DNA of 63,547 nucleotides, counting the filler, from Octopus bimaculoides (lineage: Eukaryota), in NCBI RefSeq assembly GCF_001194135.2. It is 6 parts of 5 records of this genome, joined end to end, with 100 filler letters (N's around TTAATTAATTAA, not from the genome) between each part and the next. Parts side by side here need not be neighbours in the genome. Positions count along the whole stretch, not along the records: positions 1 to 12,289 come from NC_068997.1; positions 12,390 to 39,509 come from NC_068985.1; 4 more parts are not named here. One strand, given 5' to 3'. Positions within the stretch are counted from its first letter, which is position 1, and the number at the start of each line of letters is the position of its first letter. The translations under genes and the position numbers were made by a program. Shown in pieces: positions 1 through 12,940 of the stretch. A model generated the notes under the pieces. The model saw only the letters and a program-made list of their open reading frames with translations. It was not told the origin of the DNA and searched no databases.

Positions 1-22
1 AATCAAGTCTTTTCAATTTCTT

Positions 23-336
23 CTGGGTGTTTGGTAAGTAGCTTGCTTACCAACCACATGGTTCCTGGTTCAGTTCCACTGCGTCGTATATATGGATGTG
101 TATATATATATATATGTGTGTGTTTGTGTTTGTGTGTCTGTGTTTGTTCCCCCCACCAACATCGCTTGACAACCGATGCTGGTGTCTTTACGTCCCCGTA
201 ACCTAGCGGTTCGGCAAAAGAGACCGATAGAATAGGTACTAGGTTTACAAAGAATTCCTGGAGTCGATTTGCTCGACTAAAGGCGGTGCTCCAGCATAGC
301 CGCAGTCAAATGACTGAAACAAGTAAAAGAGTAAAA
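23..336 (+). mobile_element. tRNA-headed SINE, family C (CORE-type), CORE segment deleted in this copy
   Basis: Head (tggtaagtagcttgcttaccaaccacatggttcctggttcagttcc) and 3' body (...ggcggtgctccagcatagccgcagtcaaatgactgaaacaagtaaaag) align with the complete copy at 57284-57686; central part missing. Confidence 0.85.
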
Positions 337-454
337 TAATAACACACTCACACTCACACACTAGGTAGGGTAGGGCAAGTACAAAAGATTCTAATTGATA
401 CTAGCAGATTTGTGAGTGTATCACGCAGACATCCGTATATATGAGGGATATACC

Positions 455-809
455 TTGGCAATCCGTCGCTTACGACGTCGAGGGTTCCAGTTGATCCGAT
501 CAACGGAACAGCCTGCTCGTGAAATTAACGTGCAAGTGGCTGAGCACTCCACAGACACGTGTACCCTTAACGTAGTTCTCGAGGAGATTCAGCGTGACAC
601 AGTGTGACAAGGCTGGCCCTATGAATTACAGGCACAACAGAAACAGGAAGTAAGAGTGAGAGAAAGTTGTGGGGAAAGAGTACAGCATGGTTCGCCACCA
701 TCCCCTGCCGGAGCCTCGTGGAACTTTAGGTGTTTTCGCTCAATAAACACTCACAACGCCCGGTCTGGGAATCGAAACCGCGATCCTATGACCGCCAGTC
801 CGCTGCCCT
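455..809 (-). mobile_element. tRNA-headed SINE, family A, 5' end lost in gap
   Basis: Reverse complement closely matches the copies at 32072-32461 and 44328-44701. Confidence 0.9.
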
Positions 810-2341
810 NNNNNNNNNNNNNNNNNNNNNNNNNNNNNNNNNNNNNNNNNNNNNNNNNNNNNNNNNNNNNNNNNNNNNNNNNNNNNNNNNNNNNNNNNNN
901 NNNNNNNNNNNNNNNNNNNNNNNNNNNNNNNNNNNNNNNNNNNNNNNNNNNNNNNNNNNNNNNNNNNNNNNNNNNNNNNNNNNNNNNNNNNNNNNNNNNN
1001 NNNNNNNNNNNNNNNNNNNNNNNNNNNNNNNNNNNNNNNNNNNNNNNNNNNNNNNNNNNNNNNATATATATATATATATATATATATATAGGATTGTTTT
1101 TATATGCATATCTGTATAAGTATTTTTCTAGAGAGATAGAGAGATAGATAGCCACATAAATAGGAAAAGATATTAGTCCCTTCAATAGGAATAGTTTACT
1201 TCAAAATTGAGTGTGAATTAAGACGAAAACGTAGATGAAAAGCAATAAAACAATAAAACAATCACGTTTCCAATGGTTTCAATCTGCTCCAGCACTAATA
1301 AGTAATCGATTACTCTTCAAATAAACATATAGATTTCCGTTATTGTTATTTGAAAATGTCAGCATGCCCTGTTTTTAACTACCTGTCTTCTGAACACATT
1401 AAGTAAACACATATATCGATTTTCACTTTTAATTTTGCACATAAGGCCTTATATTTTTGCTAAGGATAAAGAAGAGTATCATGTTTATGTTTTCCTTCTG
1501 TGTGTAGAAAAAGAGGTGCAAATAATTATGCTGAAAGTGCATTATAATTGCCTTTGAACTTGGAATGAGTCCGTACCGTGATTTCGTCATGACAATAATT
1601 TGAGGAAGAGAAATACATACATAATGATCATGTCCAAGGGAAATGCATAGCTGTTACATCGTGAGACATATGCTTTACGTTTCCGTTGGGCTTAAAAGGG
1701 TGTTGTGTAGAAAGAACAGAGAGAAAATAGAGTAAGAATGAGGAAGAAAGAAATCCGCCTTTAATTACGGTGAGTAAAGACTTTTGCAGCTTGAAAGTTC
1801 CCCTGCACACCGCAGGCTGAGAGAAAACTTAGAAGTTGATGGTCAGCATTTGCCCGTGTATGCTTGTAGTTATACAAAAGTAAACATGTCTACAAAGAAA
1901 ACCCATCATTGTACTCTACAGGCTGAATAACTTATATTTAACAGGAATACCTTTATTTTCTCTGTTGTTCAATCCGAAGAGTAGTGGTGAACGAAATGGT
2001 GGGACTACCGTGCGCGTGCTATTTTAATGGTATTTTCGCATAATAGATCCAGAAAAATAAGCGGGGAGAGAAGAGAGAGACATCGCCCATTGTGATTGAC
2101 TGGTACGTGATTGAGGCCCAACCAAAAATAACTGGAGCAAGAACTGAACTCAAAATGCAGAGACCCGAAGGAGAAGCCACAAATCATTATGTGCAACATA
2201 CTGGAGCTTTCATCTTGGATCTCGCTTGTATCTCATTTTTGTATTAAATAATAACGAGAATCTTCCATGATATATCTCCATCAGAAATTATGCCTTACAC
2301 TTTGTCGTAAATAATCAATCCTATTAGATAAGGATTTTAGA

Positions 2342-2492
2342 TTTTGGCATAAGGCCCAAGGCCATCAATTTCGGGTGAGTAAGTCGATTACATCGACCTA
2401 GTGCTCATTTATTACTTATTTTATCGACCTCGAAAAGATGAAAGGTAAAACCAACTTCGGGAGTTTGCTCGGCGCGGTAACGATTCTGCCAG
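2342..2492 (-). mobile_element. SINE family B, degenerate and internally deleted
   Basis: Shares aagtcgattacatcgacc, ttatcgacc.cgaaa.gatgaaagg and aacgattctgccag with other family B copies. Confidence 0.7.
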
Positions 2493-3639
2493 GATGCGTC
2501 TTCATTCTATTAGATAATTTCGTTTCGTACATACCACCGAAAACAAACCGAGATTGTCACAGCTGGAAGTCTCTTTTTTGACGTAAGTAAACTATTGCAG
2601 GGTAGAGCGAGATCAAATATTAATAACAGAAATAAAATTCATTGTACTCGTTAGAGAGTCTTAAACCATCAGTATAACAACTTATAGTGTTTTGAAAAAA
2701 AATAGAAAAACCTGGAGGTATGTGCCCCCTACTTTACACACAAACCTCCAGTGAGGAATAGGGTTGAAATCTGGAGACGATACAGAAGAAAATGATTTTA
2801 CTCGTAATTTAGTGATGATTCTTGTGGTACATCTATGAAAACAAGTGTGTGATAAATTGTTTAATTTTTCGTTTCCAGTTTATTAAGAAGGAAAATCATT
2901 TCCAAACGCTATTAAAGATATCAATGATTCAATGATACAAACTCACACTCTCACACACTTTATCATATACTATTATGCTGTTCCGATGTCATCGAGGTTC
3001 TATAATCTTGTGAGCATGTTTATGTAGGCGCTCGCGTGTGTGCTTTTATGTGTGAGTGCTTGCTAAGCAGTTGTAATCCCAGATAGTATGAATTCTGTTG
3101 TTGTCGACATTAGGATATTTTGAAGTGAGTTGTCTTGGTTCTGAAGGTATTTAAACAGCAGTAGGCAGGAAAAGAACCCTACTTTGTTTATTCTGCTGTC
3201 CTTTGTTATTATCGATGCTGCCAGTGGTAACAATTAGTAGCAACAAATAGATAATGAAACAGGATTTTTGGTCATGTTTATGTTGCCAGAATAAAGACAT
3301 ATTTGATTATCTTTGATCAACAGTATCTATTAATAGGCTTTTGTAAGAGCCGGCGAAATTCATGTAAACACAACATAGAATCTAGTATCGTAGTTTCATA
3401 TCCGTTTGGAGCAGACAAACCACGTTAGGTTATTCGTCTATGTTAAACATTAAAATATGGTGTAGTGTAAACAATGTAGCCACAGATTCGTCACTTTATA
3501 TGCAAAATATAATGACCGAATTTTCCTCAAGCCACGCTTATAGCCTTATAAAAGCAAGAGCGCATAACTTAATGGATTCTTGGTAAAAAATAATACTTCA
3601 TAAGAACAGTTTCAAATTCTGATAAAAGACCAGCTATTT

Positions 3640-4421
3640 CGAGGAGGTGGTTAAGTCAATTACATCGACCTCAGAGTTCAACTGCAACTTGAAATCATAA
3701 AAGGCAAAGTCGATCACGGTGAGATTTGAACTCAGATCCTAAAGACGGACGAAATGACGCTAAGTATTTTTTTTGCCTCGGGTGCTAACCATTCTGCCAG
3801 CTTCCCGCCTACTACGGCATTTCATAATGATCCATTCTTTCCTTTCATTGGCATAAGGCCTGAAATTAAGTGAGATGCGCGGGGACTAGTCGGTTACATC
3901 AATCCCTCTGCTGGACTGTACTTATTTTTATTGTCCCCGAAAGGATGAAAGCAAAGTCGACTACGGCTGTATTTGAAATCAGAACGTAATGACAGATAAA
4001 ATGCATCTTACCATTTTGACTGGTGCACTAGCAATTCTACTTACTTGCTACATTCAATACTATCTCATAATAATGATTTCAAATTTTCGCACAAAGCCAG
4101 CAATTTCAGAGGAGTTGGTAAGTCGATTACATTGACCTCAGTACTCAACTGGTACTTAATTTATCTGCCCCGCAAGGATGGAAGACATAGTCGACCTCGG
4201 CGGAATTTGAACACATATCGTAAAGACTCGACCAGCTCCTCATTGTCTCAGAAGGGAATGTTAACATACTTGTTGACAGTACAGGCACAATGCCAGCAGT
4301 TTTTAAGGGAAATATGTTTAATCGAGTACTTTAATCCCATCACAGCATTTGAACTCAGAATGTTAAGGGTCTGAAAGAATAGAGTTAGGCAATATTGGCA
4401 GGACACTCTAGCGATTCTGCC
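3640..4421 (-). mobile_element. Cluster of three degenerate family B SINE copies plus a fragment, same orientation
   Basis: Recurrent family B motifs at ~3640-3810, ~3847-4040, ~4082-4235 and ~4320-4421. Confidence 0.75.
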
Positions 4422-4839
4422 ATAGATCAGCATCATCAGACCTAACATAAGAGGAGAAGGAGGATGGGGTTTACAAAACGACGACAGCAACTGCAAATTG
4501 TGCTGATCTGAGCAATGAGAAATAATAATATAAATGAATCGAAAAACATTGAAAAACAATATGTATGAAGCTGCTTTAAAGACTTACGTAAAATCAATTA
4601 GAAATGAAAGTGGTCGGTTTAAATGGAAGCATATGCATATCAAACGCGCAAAACAAAAACAAAAAGCAAAGTTATTGACCATGTATTGTTTTATACATTC
4701 GTGGCCTGTGTTGTGGACATGTTAACTTATTAATGTCACATCAGCAAATGAAACCAGTATACTGCCGGAAACCTGATTTGTTTTGGTTAGATTGCATTTC
4801 GTCTTTTATTGTTTTATTGTTATATGCAGTGGTTGTTGC

Positions 4840-4893
<54 letters not shown>

Positions 4894-4980
4894 CATCATC
4901 ATTATTATTATTATTATTATTATTTTTATTATCATCATCGTCATCATCATCATCAACATCATCATTATTATTATTATTAT
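4840..4980. repeat. (ATT)n/(ATC)n microsatellite
   Basis: Direct reading; explains the poly-I/Y/L ORFs. Confidence 0.98.
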
Positions 4981-5671
4981 TGGTTGTCTTGTCGGTGTTG
5001 GTGTTGGTGGGGTTATTGCTACTGCAGCAGTTGTTTTTATTTAAATATATACGCGGTTAAGTCATAGCAATATCTTCTATTATTAAAGCAGCTTCGTCAA
5101 AGCGAATATAATAGAATAGGTATTGGAAAGAGAGAATGCAGAGTGTAAAAACAATGAACGTCAAATACACATGAAAGAGTTCAACGGAGGTGAGGAAGAG
5201 AAAAAGGATTCAGTGTAATTGAGTGCTTCTGTGTGTGTGTGTGTGTATGTATGTGTATTATGTGTAGAATTGTGTGTGCAACTGATGCGTTTGTTTGTGT
5301 GTGTACATGTCTGTGTATGTGTGTGGTTGAGTGTGTCTGTGTCTATGTATGAGTGTGTATAACTGAGGGGGGGGGATAATAAAAACAGACACGATGATGT
5401 GAAATGCATGTATCTAAATAATACGAGAAACAAGGAGAGGGATATGACGGGCACACAAAGACCCCTCACATATACATGTATATATATATATACACATATA
5501 TATATATATGTACATATATATATTTATAGAAAGATAGACAGATTGATATGTTCCTACATACATATACAGAGGAGCGTGAATACACGCAAACACATATGTA
5601 TGCATACATGCATAAACATACACTCATATATGTATATTAAGTGTGCATGTAATTATATATATGTGGGTGTG

Positions 5672-5721
<50 letters not shown>

Positions 5722-6059
5722 TCACAGGAAGAGAAACAGCTAAGTAAGCTGTCGTGGTGCCTCTTATGCAATTGGTGTTAGTTTGATTACGATTCATTGT
5801 GAGCAGCGTGCAATATGCTTATATTTCCGGCCAGTTATTGAAGTGGACTAAAATTGCTGATCGTCATTTTTGAGGAGGTTCTGCATCGTTGGAGCGTATA
5901 TCAAAATAGACGAGTCATCCTTTTCAAAGTATTCACGGTAGCATAATCAAGTCGTCAGCATTGTTACTGATTCAAAAATCAACAATGAAAGGTGTGTCAA
6001 TGCAATGAGATTCAACAGAAAGTTACACGCAGCTATTTTGAAATCTATTGTGTTTTGTC

Positions 6060-6283
6060 TTTTGCTTATCTCAGTAATTACCCTGTGGCCATGCTGGAGC
6101 ACCGCCTCGAAAAATATATTCCGACCGAAAGATCGATCCCCAGCACTTATGCTTTTAAGCTTGGTAATTATGCTATAATTCACGTTCACCGGACCTGTAT
6201 GTTGTTGTATATCAAAACACACCAACACGTTTGTCAACCGGTGGCGGTGGGGACCAAAAACTGACACAACGACTGAGACAACC

Positions 6284-6290
<7 letters not shown>
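6060..6290 (-). mobile_element. SINE family C 3' half, degenerate, running into (CA)n
   Basis: gtggccatgctggagcaccgcc and acaccaacacgtttgtcaa motifs shared with 57284-57686. Confidence 0.65.
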
Positions 6291-6375
<85 letters not shown>

Positions 6376-6660
6376 ACACGCATATGGATGAAATGTAAGG
6401 AAAAAATGAAAAAAGTAGGTAAGGGAACAACAAGCTGGTGTTTGACGTTCGTGTCTTTGACATTTTGAGCTGAAGCTCTTCGACAGAAATCGACAGAAAG
6501 GGATGAGAGAAAAAATGGAGAATCAGAGAGAGAGAGATAGGTAGAGAGAGAGAGAGAGAGAGGTAGAAAGAGAGAGATAGGTAGAGAGAGAGAGAAATAG
6601 GTAGAGAGAGAGAGAAATAGGTAGAGAGAGAGAGAGACAAAGAGAGACAGACATACAGAT
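6289..6660. repeat. (CA)n and compound (GA)n/AGAT microsatellites
   Basis: Direct reading. Confidence 0.95.
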
Positions 6661-7909
6661 AAACGAAAACAGAAAAAATATGCAGTAATTAATGGTTTCC
6701 GTCAACCAAATCCACTAGTATTTCGGTACCCTAATTAATTTTTATATTTTGTTCATTTTACCTATTCAGGTTAAAATTATTTTTAATAATGGTAATAAGA
6801 CTTTATTAAAAAATATATGCACATCGAGCCCAATCTGTTATATTTAATTTGTTTATCATCATAGTCGTGTGTTGTGTGTGTGTCTCTCTGTCTGTCTGTT
6901 TGTCTGTCTACATGTCTCTCTCTCTGTCTGTCTATCTGTCTCTCTGTCTCTCCCTAACAACCAAGATTTAAATGCAAGCTTGTACAAGTATCGTGCCACT
7001 AATGATCTAGTAGTCTGACGTGCTCTTATAGTCTGCCGTATATTATAGGGAAATCATTCAAGCTCAAAAGAGTATCAGAGCATGCATTTAAATCCCCTTT
7101 ATATTTGATATACATTTGTCAATACATGGAGTTCAATCGTTTTGTTGTCCTTAACACTAAGGGAACAATACACAATGTGCGTATGAATGTGTTAGTCATG
7201 AGCTTGTATGACTATGAATTTGAAAGCCTGCTAAGAGTGCTTAGTCTATTGTACTCATGGTTGTAAGATTGTAGTCTTGGTTCCGAGAACGGGTGATACT
7301 GTTGTTCCTGAGGAAAACACTTCATTTCCTGTCGTTCCAGTCCATTCAGTTAACAAAATGAGTAATCCTGCTACAGAACAGTGTTACGTCCATACGTATT
7401 AGGGATTTCATATGCCGTACAATGTGGAAAACCCGCCTCATGAGCGTAATGCTATGGAAACATATTTCATCTTTATATATACATGCTTGTATATATTGTG
7501 CGTCTAATATATGTATGAACGTTTGCAAGTGTATATATATATGTTCTTTTAATGTACTTGTCAGAAGAATGATGGTTACAAAAGAGATCTCGTATTGTCA
7601 AAATTCCAGAACTGTTCTTCAATAAGCAATCGATACCATACAAAATGTACCTCACTGAAGTGAGCACTTGAGTCACTGTGACCGAGAAAATAATTATGAT
7701 GTAGGTAACGCTGGATGGCTGATAACATAGATGAAAGCAGGATCAGAATTGCATGCATACACACAAAGATACACACATTCACTTACATGCACACACATAA
7801 TATTTGTATGTATGTATGTATGTATGTATATACAGAGACGGAGATAGAGAGAGAGAGAGAGAGATGCAGGCAGTTATATATATATATATATATATATATN
7901 NNNNNNNNN

Positions 7910-7938
<29 letters not shown>

Positions 7939-7941
<3 letters not shown>

Positions 7942-8537
7942 GAGGTCAGATCAATAAATATCCGGACTATTGCCATAGTAATGAAGCTAAACTACGCACA
8001 GATTGAACCTGCTTAGCGGAAATTGACATCGGTCTCTGTTGTGCATGCGCACTAAGTTTTAGTGTTCTGACTCACTTCCGCTGTTTACAGCAGGGCTTGG
8101 AAGGAAGGTGTCTAGTGTGTGATCGTCGCATTGACCATGACACAGAAAGTTTCCATGGCGATACCTGCTCAGAGGCCTGCGTCAGTCGTTTCCAAGACGG
8201 CCGAAGAAATGTCGGCCATATTGACGAACGTTCTGCACAACTGAGAAAAACATCGCAGATGTGCGTGTAGTGTGATGTGCATATTACTTACGGTACAGTT
8301 CAGTCCATTAACATTGAAGATTTCGGTATGAGACGCGTGTCTGCCAAATCAGTGTTGAAACCGCACTCAGCTGACCAAAAAGATAGTTGCGTTTCAGTTG
8401 CACAAGATATTGATTGCGTCGAGAACGATGAAAACTCTGAGCAGGTATCGCCAAACCTTTGGCAAAATTGGATGCAGATTCTCTGCTCCACTTTCTTTGT
8501 AATGGTCAATGTGACGATCACACGCCACACACTTTCC
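7939..8537 (+). mobile_element. Mariner-family deletion derivative with internal inverted duplication
   Basis: TIR-like cacgaggtcagatcaataaatatccggact after TA; remnants EDFGMRRVSAK on + and TKKVEQRICIQFCQRFGDTCSE on -. Confidence 0.7.
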
Positions 8538-8699
8538 TGTTATTAGAGTCGTGCAGAAGCTGCGTTAGGCAGTTCCTTCCATTACGGAACCCATGTTGGT
8601 TGGAGTTCAGCAGTCTGTTGCTTTCAAGAAAGTGGGTTATCCGTGATCTCACCATCTTTTGAAATACCTTGCTGATATGAGAGGTGAGCGATATCGGCC

Positions 8700-9005
8700 A
8701 TTAGTGGATTTTGTAGGCGGAAACTGAAAGAGCCTGTTGTATACATATATATGAGTGTGTTTGCGTATGTCTGTCAGTCTGTCTGTATTGTTGTATGTAT
8801 GTGTTTGTCCTCTTATCATGTCTTCACAAACGATGGTGATGTGTTTACATCCCTGCAACTTAGACGTTCGGCAAAAGAATCCGATAGAATAAGTACTAGG
8901 CTTACAAAAATAAGTTCTGTGGTCGATTTGTTCGACTAAATGCGGCCTGTGCTCCAGCATGGCCGCAGTCGAATGAATGAATGAAACAAATAAAAGAATG
9001 AAAGA
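8700..9005 (+). mobile_element. SINE family C, degenerate, 5'-truncated
   Basis: gtggattttgtaggcggaaactgaaag ... gatagaataagtactaggcttacaaa ... gctccagcatggccgcagtc. Confidence 0.8.
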
Positions 9006-9013
9006 CTAAATAC

Positions 9014-9045
<32 letters not shown>

Positions 9046-9379
9046 ATTTATATGTATAAGTACATATACGTCACACTGGTGATCGTGGTGTAGATAAATA
9101 ACCAGACAAATACAGCGCGAGCTGGACGGATAAATTAAAATCGGAAAGAGAACATAAAAAATAAGCAAATAAAAGACGCTGTAGTGATTTATAAAAATAT
9201 CTAACACTGTATATAAAAACAGACAGAATTTAGACAAAAAAAAATCAATTAATATCCACGCATTGTATTCCAATTGTATATCCAAAACACCTAACGAAAC
9301 ATGGACACTAGCCGCCATTGAAGTAGTTTAGTACTCTATATCCTTACCTGTATGTGTGTGATTGTGTACAATGATTATC

Positions 9380-9443
9380 TCTATATATGCACACACACAC
9401 ACTTATGAATATACAGACACACATACACACACACACATTAATA

Positions 9444-9509
<66 letters not shown>

Positions 9510-9536
9510 CTTGTGTGTATATGTATATATATATAT

Positions 9537-9575
<39 letters not shown>

Positions 9576-10191
9576 CACACACACACACACATATATAATT
9601 ATGTATACATATATATTTGTGCATATATATGTATGTATATATGTATAGATACATGTACAAATAAATGCGTGTATATGCCTATATGCACACGTGCATTCGC
9701 GCGAATATACGTACATACACGTGAGCGTGTGTCTATGGTAATGTTTGTGTATTTGTGAAGCTTTATTTCATTAACGACAATATTCATTACATATTCGTTA
9801 GCGTTCGTTATATCATTGATTTATCTGTCCCCGTTTTCTCTCATCTTGTTCAATTATTAATATTGCAATCATTAGTCAGCTATTGTCCTTGAACAAAAAT
9901 TAAAAAAAAAAAAAAATAAATAAAAAGGAAAGAATTATTCTGTGACTATTGCCAGATTCTCGTCTCACTAGTTCATATAATACGACACCTGAGTCCATTC
10001 ATACGTCATTTTACCCACATCCACACCAGGAAATATGAATTTGCGCTTATGTACATATGCCCAGGTACAGGTTTATAACGACACACGACACACACAAAAA
10101 CACACACACACACACACGCTCACACACATACACTCACTGCACACACACATATATATATACATATATACGTGCACACACACATACATCTTCG

Positions 10192-10260
<69 letters not shown>

Positions 10261-10354
10261 TCACAGACACACATAAACACACAGGCACACACATACATAG
10301 AGAGAGAGATAAATACATTTATAGATATATTGACAGACAGGCAGACAGACAGAC

Positions 10355-10397
<43 letters not shown>

Positions 10398-10400
10398 AAG
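9380..10400. repeat. Compound (TA)n/(CA)n/(GATA)n microsatellite blocks
   Basis: Direct reading (9380-9660 and 10080-10396). Confidence 0.9.
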
Positions 10401-12333
10401 TAATTGTTATATATGTATATATGTATATATGTATATGTGTAAATTATAATTAAGGGTATCTAAGAGATACTACCATGCTTGAAATAGCAGCCAAAACTTG
10501 ACTCTAAAACCAATTTAAATGTTCATACAGCACCAGGAGAGGAGACAAAGAGAGAAAAGAAACTAGCAAAAAAATTACTGGAGTATTCCAGATCCCGGAT
10601 TTAGGGCTCTGCACAAGAAATGCTCTGCCTTCTTCAGTGGAATATACTCAGATCAATTTATAAATTTACATATGTNNNNNNNNNNNNNNNNNNNNNNNNN
10701 NNNNNNNNNNNNNNNNNNNNNNNNNNNNNNNNNNNNNNNNNNNNNNNNNNNNNNNNNNNNNNNNNNNNNNNNNNNNNNNNNNNNNNNNNNNNNNNNNNNN
10801 NNNNNNNNNNNNNNNNNNNNNNNNNNNNNNATATTTTAAGTTACAGCTTAGAGCTGCGGCCATGCTGATTCACCACCATGTTGCTACATATATATAAAAT
10901 ATAGTATCCCTGAATATTATCGGGGAATATACATCCCTGTGTACATATGCATGTGAAAGCATTTGCTTTGTGAATTCGTGTAATGAGATTGTGATTTTTC
11001 GATCGAAAATCACAGTTTTTTTTTTTTTTTTAGAAATTTAGTAAAATGGTGGTCATGCTACTTGCAATGCCGCACAAATTTACGATATAATGTTTACACT
11101 TCGTACATTCGCAAACGATTCTCCCTGTTTAATACATTTCAATTTGTATTTCTTCAAAGGTATTCTTTATCACTCGAGGAAATTATTCAGAGCCTTTTTT
11201 AGGGTTTTTGCGATAGAAACCGAAGATTTTTAAAAATTTCTTATCGACTTGATGGAGGCTTACAAAAACAAGTGTAGATCAGAGGCAGCCAGAAGTTGAG
11301 CACTCCTTATATATATATATATATATTAGAAAATTACTATTTTTACATCTTACAACGTGAGATATTCAACAACAGTACTTTGGAAAGATTGTGTATCGTG
11401 ATTTCCGGGTTATACACAGATATTGTTTTAAGCTGAGTGGGGGAGCTAGATTCCCTTGTTCGAAAATATAAGGACACAGATCGTGTATTATAGTAAGCTA
11501 GAGACGATGTTCCCTGGGGATAAATTACGGCATCATTCGTCCTAAACCAGGACTGCCATGTTATGTTGGCAAACAATCATTACTACATGTATATATATGT
11601 TTGTGTGCATGTATATATATATATATAAATAAATATATATGTTTGTGTGTGTGTGTGTGTGCGCGCGCAAACACGCTTGTTCGCATATTATATGCAGTCA
11701 AACAATGATAAGACGAAGTCATTATTGAATTATTTAGTAATGAGCAATATCTAGTAAGAGGCGATGCGATCAGATGAAACAAAAGGAGAAAAAGAAGCAT
11801 TTTCACCAAAGCAACATGGCTGAATCTCAACTAAAACCAAAATAAAGCAAAATAGAAAGACTGGATAAATGCACGAATGAATAGTAATACGAAAGTACTT
11901 CCTCAAATAACATCAATGCAATATAATTTTTTTTTTTTTTTTAATTTGAACGTGGAAAAAAATGAGAAAAAATGTTGACTGGTCTATTTTTAATTATTTT
12001 CATGGATTTATGCTCAGCATTGTCTGATGTAGTCAATAGCGTTCATAATTATAAACATCTGTTGAATGATGCTGCAAAATAGTCTAATCTTGTGAAGCAA
12101 TTAGACAGTAATAGCCGTTTTCATTACCCAAATTACATAAATGGCTAAATATTCTCTTTATTTTTACATTAATCTAAATCATTTGCTCTTTTAGATATTC
12201 ATAGTCACTGCACATTTATGATTCAGTATAGTCATGTATAAAAAAATATATATGGAATTATGTGTTTGTTTATATATATGTATATATATNNNNNNNNNNN
12301 NNNNNNNNNNNNNNNNNNNNNNNNNNNNNNNNN

Positions 12334-12345
12334 TTAATTAATTAA
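12334..12345. other. Assembly spacer N44-TTAATTAATTAA-N44 (also 39554, 49059, 55502, 61305)
   Basis: Five identical palindromic 12-mers, each flanked by exactly 44 Ns per side (100 bp in total), with stops in all six frames. Confidence 0.95.
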
Positions 12346-12389
12346 NNNNNNNNNNNNNNNNNNNNNNNNNNNNNNNNNNNNNNNNNNNN

Positions 12390-12667
12390 GCCCCCTCAAA
12401 ATAAGGGTAGAAGAACATCGCAAAGCTGTGACACGAGGAGATATTGATAAATCGGGTATAGCTGATCATGTATGGAAAAATGGAAACCACCTCCCCCTGT
12501 GGGATGAAGTTAAAATAATAGACAGGGAACAACACTGGAAAATACGAAAACTAAAAGAAGCAGCACATATGCTAGGACACAACAACCTCCTAAGCAGACC
12601 GAGTGCAGATATGAATAGCATGTGGAAACCGGTATTGAGGAAGGATAGAAAAATAATAGATTTATAA
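12390..12667 (+). mobile_element. Penelope-like element: C-terminal GIY-YIG endonuclease region
   Basis: Open frame PLKIRVEEHRKAVTRGDIDKSGIADHVWKNGNHLPLWDEVKIIDREQHWKIRKLKEAAH matches the typical PLE ORF end (L..R..EH; S.IADH; W..VKII.RE..W..RK.KEA). Upstream part is in a gap. Confidence 0.8.
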
Positions 12668-12696
12668 GCCTTAAAATTCACCCCATAATTGCCCAC

Positions 12697-12940
12697 GGGC
12701 ATATGGCGTAGTGGTTAAGAGCGCGGGCTACTAACCTCAAGGTTTCGAGTTCGATTCACGGCAGCGACCTAATTAATAATAATAATATAATAATAATAGT
12801 AACATCGTTAGGAATGAGAACCCAGGTTCGAAATTTCCCCGAGACACCTGACGAAGGCTGGAGGGTATATCAGCCGAAACGTTGTGTTAACAACAAACAA
12901 GATGAGGAGAAATATCCGTCAAATGTAAATAATGTAAATT
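12697..12940 (+). mobile_element. tRNA-like head plus hammerhead-containing tail (putative Penelope pLTR / SINE-like family D)
   Basis: A box tggcgtagtgg (12704-12714), B box gagttcgattc (12747-12757), (AAT)n spacer, then hammerhead; second copy at 15000-15222. Confidence 0.8.
12843..12888 (+). ncRNA. Minimal type I hammerhead ribozyme motif
   Basis: GACAC-CUGACGA-a-GGCUG[gagggtatat]CAGCC-GAAA-CG-UU-GUGUU: stem I GACAC/GUGUU, 5-bp stem II, loopless palindromic stem III (ACGU). Confidence 0.8.

Noticed and set aside
416-607. ORFs inside family A/B/C SINEs (also 32299-32655, 44277-44486, 62138-62443, 4045-4374)
   Set aside because: The same peptides recur wherever the SINE occurs; incidental frames in non-coding repeats.
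12697-12770. SINE heads as functional tRNA genes (also 32072, 44328, 51913, 57686)
   Set aside because: A/B boxes are present but acceptor and anticodon stems do not pair properly, and each continues into a repeat body.
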